A DNA stretch of 64,000 bases from Lytechinus pictus (Eukaryota), in assembly GCF_037042905.1 (NCBI RefSeq), contig NC_087247.1, forward strand, positions 60,822,001 through 60,886,000, given 5' to 3'. How positions within the stretch are numbered: the stretch's first letter is position 1; each line of letters begins with the position of its first letter. Positions 1 through 12,500 of the stretch are shown here, piece after piece. The notes under the pieces are model-generated. The model was not told the DNA's origin and did no database searches. It saw only the letters and a program-made list of their open reading frames with translations. The translations under genes and the position numbers were made by a program.

Positions 1-374
1 TGTATGTCTAAATATTCCTTTTTCTCTCTTCACTTAATGAAAATTTGATTAAAGAAAGTCATTACTGCTGGATGGAGTGAAAATACCTTCCTTTTTATTT
101 AGCAATGTTGACAAGAACCAGACTTTAAGAAGAAATCAACCAAGTTCAATGTATAGTATATGAATCAAAAGCATAATTTGGAAATGATTGGGCTTCCACT
201 AAGAGAAAATCAATTATAGAAATTTCTGAAGTAATTAAATGTGATATGGTTTAAAAGTATGGAATTTGTTAAATGGCCAATAAGATTGAAGTGCAATATA
301 AAGGTAGAGAAAGAAAATGCAAAAGAAACACAAAGTAACTGGAGTCTTGCAATCATGATATCAGATGAACTTAC

Positions 375-575
375 CATCATAGATTCTGACATAGTCAAAG
401 ACACAGTCTACTCCACCATCTTCCAAGAGGAATGATGTAAAATTGAGAAAGATGGTTCCTCCATCAGATGCTGTAATGAGCCACACACAGTTCTGGTTGT
501 CAAGGTAATTATTAGGGTAACCAAGAGAGGTGAAGTTCTGCTCAGTACTAGTAGCTGTCAAACTTCCTCCACAAC
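375..575 (-). CDS. CUBN: Cubilin exon 38 (CUB14a)
   Basis: [31 protein letters not shown]...[11 protein letters not shown]; gtaagt donor; next exon outside the window. Confidence 0.93.
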
Positions 576-3500
576 CTGTAGTATAAAAATTGGATAAAGC
601 GTTCACAAGATGACAATACAATCATTTGAGAATACAATCATATAAGAATATAATCAGTGTGAGAATATATGATGAGTATGATCAGATTTTGAGAATAAAA
701 TCAAGGGGGAATGATTTGATAAATGGGACATCGAAAGGGTAGAGAGGAAAAATAATTGTAAGATAAGAAGCAAAAACAAATAAAAAGAATAATTTTTAGA
801 GGATACATATCATTTAGTATTAAACTTAAACCTTAATTTTACAAATTCAGAAAACCACTTGACGTCAATATGAACTAGTCATTCCATATGATCTTGTGTA
901 ATTCAATAAACTACACTTTTCATCATCAGAACTAAATTGATTGTTAGGTTCAAGCTCCAACTAAATTATATTTCTCCAAACAATTAGACTGATGTAATAG
1001 GAAACATTTGATCTATTCTTTGAGAATGAAATACTATCAATGTGTTTTTTTTTTTGAGTTATTTTATATGGAGGAGGCGCGATGTAGAGCGGGGGTTTCG
1101 TATTCCGGTGGCCTGGGATCGAATCCCAATTGGTGCGCTAGTGTCCTTTGGTAAGCCAAGGCATTTAAATCCTCATTTCCAGGTCTCCCGGAGAGGACCT
1201 TAAGGCGTCGGTCCTCTGGTTGCTTGCTTACAAGCATTCATGCTTTCTTAGCAATCAGGTAAAAAATCACTTCCATTTACCATATCTTTGAGTTCCAAAA
1301 CCGTACTATGAAAAAAATAAAACCAGTGAAAACAGAAGTTTTGTGATAACATACTACCAGGTTCTGCAGTCCCAGGTGCAATGGTGTTACTACCAGATAC
1401 AGCAAGCCAATTAAGCTGGAAACCAGCGCCTGCAATAGAGAAGTCACTGGAGAATTGCACAGAGCCTGTATTCCCTGTAGTCTGGACTGCGCTGGGGATT
1501 TCAGTACCACATGCTGTTTGCAACACTGGTGAATACTCGTACAAACCGTCTCTAATCTGAAAAATAACATCAATACCTCTCTTTTATACTTTGAATGATG
1601 AATATTCACTTGTTATACTTCTGGATTTTTTTAAGACACAACATTCTTTATTCCTCCATATTCACAATTCTTAATATGCTGAAACTAAAAAGAGAGAAAA
1701 TCAATGAAGTTTAACATAAACTCACCTTGACATAGTCATATGAACAGGCAGGGTCATTTTCAATATCCATAACAGTATAAGAGAATAGGATGAGTTCCCC
1801 TGCTGGTACAGTAACTGTCCACATTGTACTGGCATAGTGAGGGTAGCTGGATGGATACAGAGGAGATTCTATAGTCCCACTCATTCCACTCAAATCACCA
1901 CCAAATTCTGAGGAGGGAAATATATCATCTCACAAATTAAGTTATTTTTTTCTTAGTCTAAAGGATATTCAAGAATCAATTTTGTGGAACATTTGATTAT
2001 ATCATTTAGAGCACAAGTGGATAATAGATGACACGATTCCAATAAGTGGCATGGTGCGGCTGTAAAGTAGGATTTTTTTCATTCAAAAGTAAATGTGATA
2101 TATCATAGACTTATATATATATTTACTGTAAATTTGGAAATATATATTTTGTTAGCTACTTTGAGCATACATTTAATCATTCTGAGCCTATATTTCTTAC
2201 ACAGTGACATCAAAATAGAATTTATAATGAAACTGTCCCTATCTCATACTGTGTAGCCATACATCAACAGAGTATAAAGATATCAACCCACTGAATCCAC
2301 TAGCAGCAGAGATGCCAACCTAAAGGAATGGTTGTCAGGAATATTTACCATATTTGTCAGGAACAAATGGGAGTTTCTCAGGAACATCCCGCGAAGTAGC
2401 ATCGTTTATACGCTCAACCACCCAATCGCCATTGACATTGTGCATGCATGAACCGCGGCTTGCACTCCGCACTTCGCTGTGTATTCAGCAGCAGCGCGCG
2501 GAGGCGCTTGCAATAGAAATCTCAGTAGAGAAACTCCCGTTGGTTTACCGTTGGCCACACACACGCTGCATGCACGATACATGTATACACGATACACGCA
2601 TATACATGCACAATACACGCATATATACACATGCACAGCAAAGCAATACACAATACACATGTATTGTAGTTGTTTTTTCCGTAACCTTTTTATTGTTGCC
2701 GTAACACCGTAATTGGAGGAATAAAATCGGAACAAATACGGCGAATCCGTAACGGTTGGCATCTCTGTAGCAGGTACCGTCCCCTTTCTGCAGTAAAAGA
2801 TAGCATAGGGATTTCAGTGATGGAAGACATTTTGGTTTATATGAATAAAGACTGACTTACGCATTGCATAGGAAGCAAGGAATCCTGCACCAGAAGACTG
2901 AGAATCTGAACGGAACTTCATCCATAGACTACCGACAGCAGTAACATTACTAGGTATAGTGTTACCACAGTAACGACCAATCAAAGCACCATTAGCACCA
3001 TCCTGACGAAGCTCTACATAGTCCTGACTACATACTGGCTCAAGGTTGAAGATACTGTGACAGGGGAAAAGAAAATCATCAAATTGGTAAAATGGTGCCA
3101 AAACAATTTGAGCTTTTACAAAACTAAACCGTTCATCAACCGCCCCCAGAAAAAATACACAAATGAATGCACAAAAAAATGATCCAATAACTATTGCTCC
3201 CCCTTTTTTTTATAAAGAACTGCAAACAGACAGAAAAATAATTCAAACAAAATAATACAGATTACAAATTAAACTAAGAAGCACAACAGGTGGCTATAGA
3301 ACATAACTGGATGAAATAATAATTACACTGCTTAATTAACCATCAATTTACTACTGAAAACAAAATTAAAATATCACACTTCATCACTGATAGAAAGATT
3401 TTAAAAAATTCAAATAGTCAAAGGTTCAGTACCTGAATGAAAGCTGTACTCTGTTTCCAGCTGATGCAGTAAAGATCCATATACATTCTGTATCTTGAGG

Positions 3501-6500
3501 GTAGTTAGCTGGATATGAAGGGCTTACAATAGAACCAGACTGAGCAGTGTATGTTCCACCACATGCTGTGAATTAAAAAATAAGCCCCATAAATAATTAT
3601 ACAACTCTGATATGATCACATGCCTGTACTCTATACTAAACCTTGACAGAAAATTCAGTAGTTGTATGTAATAAACGAGTGTACTAACATACAAAAATTC
3701 CACAGATTCTTCCAAACAAAGGGTATCCTCAACAACCTGAAAGCATACCGGGGGAGCATTTCATCAACATATTGTGTCAGATAAGTTTTCAGATCTGACA
3801 GTTTCCTGCTTTTGATTGGCTGAGAAACACAGTTACTATGGCAATTGTCAATGGCAATAAAAGAGGACTAGTCGGATAAGACGTCATACAAGTCCTTTCA
3901 TGAAAAGTTCCCCTGATATACAATATAAAATCCAAGTATCATATTTTTTTTATTTTTTTTATTACAAACAGGGTAGAGGAATATCTTGTTTAGGTTTCTG
4001 ATGAACAATCATCCATAAATTCAAATCACTAGGTAAAAAGGCTTGTATATCAAATATTGAAGAATAAATAAATATGATATTGATATATTCATTTTCTAAA
4101 ATCACTCGCATTGAATCTCTACAAAACACATGGATCCTATGACTTCAAAATACCAAAAATATGCACTTCACAAATAAACATTTCTTTTCCCCAAGGGTCC
4201 ATGGATCTGTTCTGCAACTATAACTTACACATACTGCACTAGATAATTTCTATAGAACTTTAGAGGCAATATTTGCTTGATACATCACCTAATGATATCT
4301 CGATACTAGTTTAGCAATATTGTATTTTATGATTCCAAAACTTGCAGTAACAAAGAACAATTGTCAGTATCTACATTCATTAAAATAAAGAATTAAAAAT
4401 TTAAAAGTCTGGTTTTCCTACCTGATTCTGAAGTTGAATAAGTAGCTCTGAAGCCAGTTAGTGTGATGCTTGTATCACTTGAGAAGGAAACGAAGAGAGA
4501 TGGACCGGTGGAGGTGATGGGGATAGGGATGGATGAACCACAGTATGTACCAACCTCTGGTGATGTATCACTGTTACCTTGACGAACCGTTACATAATCA
4601 TGACAATCTGTTTCACCATTCGCTTCCAAATCCATATGGGTGAAGATAAGGGTTATACGATCCACTGGAAAATAGGTGAATAGAAGTTCATAGAAAATAA
4701 GAGAAATGCAAAGTCCAAATAGACAACATTTACAGTGAGTTGAAAAGTGATTAGAAATATTAAGGACATCAGAAAAGACATATATTGAAATAGAAAACAC
4801 AGCATAAGTTTTTTTTTATGGTTTGAAGTCATAGGTGAGAGATACATCATTTTTTAGACATTCTTACCTGTCCACTGAATCTGCATATTATTACTGAATT
4901 ATCAAACTTGATATCTTAAATTATTACTTGAAAGCTGGATAGAAAAAATAGGTTTTGACTACTTTCAATGTATTTATTATTAGTTTATTTATTTAATTAT
5001 TCATCTATTTATATAATTGCTAACTTACTTATTCACTTAATTATTTTGTTTTCTTTTTATTTATTCATTTCTTCATTCATTCATTTACCTATTTATTTAT
5101 TCATTCAATCATTCATGTCTTACCATTTACTCTTGACAGTTTTACTGAATGAATATAGTCTTTTCATGTCTTATAGCAGAAAGCTAGAAAACTGAACAAG
5201 TTTCTTGTTGAGAGATGCAACTCAATCATTTGTGAAGGTGCCTTATCTGAGGGTAATACTTGACCCTATACTTCCTTCAATACTTACGTGGATCATCTGT
5301 TTCTATAATCCATGAACAGTTCTGATTATTAAGGTAATTGTAGGGATAGTTAGATGTCTGTATGTAGCCGTCTATACTAGCATCCCTTCTGCCTCCACAA
5401 GCTTAGATGATAAAAAAAATGAAAAGAATTTAAAGTCTTTAGAATCATAAGAAGTAACTGAAAATTAATGAATTTACTAAAAACTACTATTAAACAAATC
5501 ACACAGGAATGACTCGGCATATGCCATTAAAAAGGGAAATATTACTTTTATCTGTAATTTTTCCCCTTGAGTTATTTATTCACAAAGAAAAACAAAGAAA
5601 ATTTACAAAACCAAAGTATCAATCAAACCAAATCAATTGATATGATACCCTTTTTTCTTATGTATTGAGTTTCAGTAAAAACAAAAGAAAATATAAAATA
5701 AAAAAGTCAAGATAACACCTACTGGTGTGAATGATGTCCAGCAGTCATATTGTTAAAACAATTCTTAAAAATGCATATTCATTTATTAGAAAATATATGC
5801 TAAAATTAATTTCGCATGTCACTGCATGTTTGAATGCTGGTACATTTATTATCCAACACCTTGATAAGATTTAGCACAATCATGGAAATGTCATCAGGAC
5901 ACATCACATTACAACTTGAATCCATAAAATTTTATAATTTCACTCATATTGGGACTCCTTTAAGAACATCTGTATACAACTTCCAATCACAAGAAATTGA
6001 GTTGAAATAAGAACCTACCCGTCTCATATGATGCTGTAAAACCAGTATGGGACACGCTCCCATCACTATACATATGGATGTACATCTTGTTGTCAGTAGA
6101 ATAGTAGGTAGCTGGATCTGGGAGTGCATTACCACATACTTTAGCCAGCACAGGTGAGGAGTGGCTTATTCCATCATGGAGCTTAAACAGAAATAATATT
6201 ACCATAAATTTAATCTTAATATATTGTCAAGGATGTATATAAATTGCATATTCCATGGTTGTCCAATCAGAGATACACATACAAATTATTTGTCAAGGAA
6301 CTCCTTAGGTACTATATCAGAAATGAAATAAAAATTTCTATTAGCACCCTTTTTTCAAAATTATTTGTATTGTAGTCAGTGAGTAATTACATGTACCTTG
6401 TTCTTGAAACTTTTGAATGGTTTTAAAAAATAGCCTGTAAAGCACTTGAACTATTCAATAATGACAACCACAAAAAAGAACAATAGCAATAATGACTATA

Positions 6501-9500
6501 GACATATATTACATTTTCAATCATTTTCAAGAAAAATTACCTCCACGTAATCAAAGACACAGTCTGTAGCACCCTCAAGGTCAAAGGTCAAGAAAGTGAA
6601 AGCGACTCTATGATCCTCATCAACAGTGATGGTCCATGAGCAATCAGTGTAGTGTGGGTAATAAATACTGCCAGGGGCGGTAGGTGAGTGAAGTGACCCA
6701 CTAGCTGAGGTATAGTTACCACCACATCCTAAAGGTAGATAAAGAAAATGTGATCCAAATGAAATTAGAGGCAGTTAATGTTGCAATCCTTTTCTCCTTG
6801 TACATTTATACTGCCTTCAAATGAAGGAAATATGTAGAGAACTAGACCTAATACAAGGGGCTTTAGAAACACATGATTTATCTAAGAACTAAAAATATTT
6901 ATGTTATCATTATTTCCTTTACTAAGTAGAATGCTCACTACACATTTCCTTGTGAGATAAGTATATACACCGGAAGAGAAAATCATTCAAAGGTGTCATT
7001 TCGTCAGAAAGGATGAATCTGGGAGGATAAATAGGTGAATCTAGTGAATAGTACATGTAAATAGTGCACTTATTTTTAACCCTTAGTGCAACGGGCTATT
7101 TGGGTCCACTAAAATTAATTTCTTATGATTTGGCCTATAAGCATGCATTTAGAGAGAGCTCTTGCCACATCAAGAACTGACTACGCTAACTTTTTGCAAT
7201 GTGGCATAATATGACATACATACAGTGCCTTCAACGTACTCAGAACCAAGCTACGAGGTTAGTATTCCTTGCTAAGAAGCATGACCATATCACTCCCCTT
7301 CTCCAGCAAGTGCACTGGCATCCAGTTCAAAAGGGGATCATATTCAGAAGACTCAACAATTACCTACAAAGGCCTCCAAATTACTGCTCCCTCCTATCTA
7401 TGATTCACTATCAATCTCAAAGACAAAAAGGTACTGTTCTAGATATTGAACACACACCCTATACTCAAGCTGGAGGATAGCTAATGATGTAATTAGGGAA
7501 GGGGATCTTTTCACCAATAGTAAATTGTCACACACAGTCATGTTTATAAGTATGATTTTAAACAAAACGTTGAATATGGCATGCATGTAAATGTTGTTAT
7601 TGTAATCAGCTGCTTTATAAGTTTTACTTTTCCTGTCTCTCTCCCTCCTCTTCCCCTCTCTGTATTTCTCTCTTCTTTCCTCTTTCTTTCTCTCCTCTCT
7701 CACCTTCCTCTCTTTTTTGGCATTCAGTCTAACAAATTTTCATAATGATATTGAATTCAGAAATGTAATCTGAAGGACTTACCTCCGGGATTAGCTTGAT
7801 ATGATGCATGGAATCCTCCTCCGTTAACAGAAGAATCAGTCCTGAACCTAACAAACATCTCATTACCAACCGATGAGACAGCTTGAGGGTCACTACTTGT
7901 TTCACATAGCTGCTTCAATAAGAACCCACTACTATCACTTCCAGAATAGATCTATACAAAAAAACACACCAAACAACTTGATCAATTCAAAATCTTACAT
8001 TGTATTTGGAATAGTGTTCAAGGATCAGTAGCATGTAAATATGCCACAGGTATATCTGAAGTCAAATACAGAAATATGATTTAGATTAAAGCGCTTTGAT
8101 CATATTTTTGGTAAAGCGCTATGTAAGTACCTGTTATGTATGTATGTTTTATCTTTTATTGAGAATTAATATTTTACGATTTCTATTTAGTAATATTGCT
8201 ATAGAGTAAAAACATCACTGATCATCAAGATACTGAAGATCTATTAATGAATTGGAATTTGACCTTGATCCTACATCATTTTACCTAAATTAAGCCCCCC
8301 CCCCCTTTAATATCAGGTGACTTTAATAATTACATCTCGCTCATAATATTTAGAACTTTGTTAGTTCATAAAGCAATCCGCCATTAATAAAGAACTTATT
8401 TTCAAATAAACAATTTCCTTTTTATCTCTCAAGTGTGTGCAGAGATAAAGCATTCCCCCACCTCACATTATCCCATGTATTTTAAGGAGTAGTTTACATC
8501 AAAGAATGGAAATAAATATCATTTATACCAACGTAAAATACCAATGCCAGATTTAAATCATTCACCAATCTAGACTACTCACAAAAATCAGTCATTATGC
8601 AAACAATCATTAATGGACTTTAAATGAGATTGATTACCTCCAGAGAATCAAAGGTACAATCAACACTATTCTCTACATCAATGTTGTCAACTGTGAGAGT
8701 GATAGAGCTTCCTGGATCCACAGTAATTGTCCATTCACAGGTACGGGTATGGTCATAAGGATCAGGGTAGTTAGGGCTAGACAATGTACCACTGTTCCCT
8801 GTTAACTGGTCACCACAACCTGTATCAGAGATTACCTATGGTAGTTAGTGGATCCATAATACTACGATTATCCAATTACCAGTAATACTAACTAGCACAT
8901 TAATGATGTGGAGCTCATCCGGCATCTCGCAACAAAATTTAACACAAATTCAATTTCAGCCCAGTTGACACTGTAGTGAATTATATTGGTGACATAAATT
9001 GAGGATATAGAATTGAAATTGATGAAGAAATGACATAGATTGAAGCATTTTTTGTGACCTATGAATAAATTTCATATAAGTTAAGCATAAATAATTTTCC
9101 CGTCAAAATTTCTTAAAGGGATGGTCCAGGCTGGAGATATTTTATCTCAATAAATAGAGTAAAATTCACAAAGCAAAATGCTGAAAAATTCATCAAAATC
9201 GGATAACAAATAACATAGTTATTGAATTTTAAAGATTTGCATTATTCCGGTGAAACAGTTCTAGGTATGTCTTTATGAATATTCATTAGGTAGGCTGATG
9301 ATGTCATATCCCCACTTGTTCTTTTGTATTTTATTATATGAAGTTAGGTTTATTCAAACATTTTCTAGCAAGAACTAAAATAATTTGATTGAAAACTGAT
9401 TAGTGCATTAGTTATTTATTGCCGCAACTTATTTCATCATAATGGAGACACATCATTTACACATGTATGAAATAATGAAACATTTATGATTTCATGTAAT

Positions 9501-12500
9501 AACATAAGAAAAGGGAAAGTGGGGATGTGACATCATCAGCCCAACTAATGAATATTCATGACGATGTGCATATAACTGTTTTCACAAAATATTGATAAAC
9601 TTTAAAATTCAATAACTTCGTTATTTGTGATCCGATTTTGATGAAACTTTCAGCATATTGCTCTGTGAATTTTACTCTATTTATTTAGATATAAATATTT
9701 TCAGCGTGGAACATCCCTTTAACTCTGTGTAGAATCTTGGTGAACCTCAAGTAGCTCTCAGATGGAACAAAAATAATCAAAATCAATCAACAAATAAATA
9801 AGTATTTTTTGTGAGTTTTGAAAATATATGAATAAATTAGCATATTTAATGAGTTTCAAAATTCTGTGTTGAAATTTTGTATCACCACCTCAAGTCATCA
9901 TATAAAGCAAACAAAATTTAAATTGATCAACAAATGAAGAAGAATTTTTTTTTGTGATTTATGAATAAATGTTGCATAGATTAGCATAAATAATTTTCTA
10001 GACAAAATTTCAAAATTTTGTGTACAAGTTTGGTGAACCTCATGCAGCTCTACCAGATTGGAGAAAAAAAATCAAAATCGGTCAACAAATAAAGAAGAGG
10101 CATTTTCTGTGATTTATGAACAAATTTTGCATAAATTAGCATTAATAATTTTCTACTGAAAATTTCCAAATTCTGAGTAGAAGTTTGGTGAAACTCATTA
10201 AGTTCTACCAGATGGAAGAAAGAAATCAAAATCGGTCGACATTTAAAGAAGAAGCATTTTATGTGAATTTTTAAAAATATGCATAAATTAGCATATTTAA
10301 TGAGTTTCAAAATTCTGTGTAGAAGTTTTGAATCCCCCACCTAATGCTATCATATAAAGCAAACAGAATTGAAATCAGACTTGAAATGACGAAGAAGAAG
10401 CATTTTGAAATTCAGTCAACAAAATAAAGAAGAGGCATTTTCTGTGATGTATGAATTTCGCATAAATTAGCATAAATAATTTTCTACTCCAAATTTAAAA
10501 ATTCTATGTACTAGTTTGGTGAACCTCATGAAGCTCTACCAGATGCAAGAAAAAAAAATCAAAATCGGTCAACAAAGAAAGAAGAAGCATTTTATGTGAA
10601 TTTTTAAAAATATGCATAAATTAATTTCGCATAAATTAGCATAAAAATTGTTCTAGTCAAAATTTCAAAATTCTGTGTAGAATTTTGGTGAACCTCATGA
10701 AGCTCTACCAGATGGAAGCAAAAAATTCAAAATTGGTCCACAAATAAAAAAGAAGCATTTTTTGTGAATTTTGAAAAATGCGCATAAATTAGCATATTTA
10801 ATGAATTTCAAAATTCTGTGTAGAAGTTTTGAATCCCCCATCTAGTGCTATCATATAAAGCAAACAGAATTGAAATGGCGAAGAAGAAGCATTTTGAAAT
10901 TGTGGACGGACGACAGACAACGGACGCCACGCCACGGCATAAGCTCATCTGGCCCTTCGGGCCGGATGAGCTAAAAAACAAAGGGTTCCAGAGGCAGAAG
11001 ACATTTATTGTCCCCTTGAGGCAAAAAATGAATTGACTGATAAAATTCAAAAGAAAAAAGAAAGTATGATGCAAAGAGTCTTTATTGTTTACATATATAT
11101 ATATCATATACTTTCAATAAAACTGGGACACTTTGTCCAACTGTGTCTGAAGAACATAAATGTTTCTTATCTTTGATGCACCATATCTGATCAAGGCTTT
11201 AAACAATACACACATTATAAAGCAGGGTTTCATCCAACTAGGGGGTCTAAACTCCAAGGGGGGGGGGTAGAAGGACTCATGCTTTATGGTAATAACAAAA
11301 GCTATGTAATAAGTATTAGCTGACAGTAACTATACATATAATTATCATTCCAAGAAACCTTTTAATATTTCGAGTACTCAAAAGGCTGATAATTCCATGA
11401 TTTGTTAGAAATAAATGGCAAATTTAGTAGCCCATAGAAGTGGAATCCAGGTCAAGGTAACTATAACATTTAGAACATATTACTGCTAGACATTTTACCT
11501 CCCATGTCAACAAAAAAGGGTACATAACTCAAATATAGCCAAGATATATATATATAATAAGTTTCATATACATAGATACATAGATAAAATAGAATAACAT
11601 TATACCAACAACCATGCAGTATACATAGAATCAGAAAAAGTATAAATAGACAAAGAATCCTTACCATCAATCTCATAGTATCCCTGGAATCCAGCAGTCG
11701 CCACACTGGCATCGGAATGAAATTCTACTCTCAAGTATTGCTGTGTAGATTGGTATGTAGTACCTGGTGGTACAGGTGTACTACCACATAACCTAATAAG
11801 CTCATTATCAGTGGCTACCTGCCCATCTACAAGCTAAACAAAATCACAAAAAAATTAAAACCTATCAAAAAACTTACCAACAAAAACCTAACTCTTGCTT
11901 CTCAAGGGTACAATATATATCAAATGTGCAAACACATCTCTACATCCATCCAAATCCAAATTCAAAGTAAATATTTAATTAGGATTTAGTTTTCTCACAC
12001 ATTCTTCTTTCTTATTCTCAGGAATGAGGCTTTGGAAAATATTGCAAAATACACAAAAACAGCTAAATTTTTTTATGTGTGTGACTGCCCAATCAATAGC
12101 TTTATCAAGAATTTGGCAAAGCCTTGTCTTCTATATCATTCATAAAACAAATGGATTTAACAAGATCAAAGTTGACCTACCCTGACATAGTCATAAGCAC
12201 ATGTGCTATGTGATTCAATGTTGAGATCAGTGAATGTAAAATTGATTGTGTTTCCAACAGTAGACTGGATAATCCAAGAGCAGTCTCGGCTATGAGGGTA
12301 TGGGTCAGGGTAGTTAGGAGATTCAATGTATCCAGAAACAGCTGTTAATACAACATCAGTGCAATCTACAGAACAAAATGAAATTATTAAGCACGGATTA
12401 GGAAATTTCTGCAATCTGAGAACCAACTAGCACAACTGACTTGTTTATATCATTATTAAATAAATAACAGGCAGTGTCTCAATATCAAATCAAACAATAA

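Noticed and set aside
1185-1220. Hairpin as a twister or HDV ribozyme
   Set aside because: The required pseudoknot elements were not found, and it fits a SINE core.
6578-6590. Perfect DR1 AGGTCAAAGGTCA inside exon 30
   Set aside because: Explained by the codons for LTFDL in the CUB domain.
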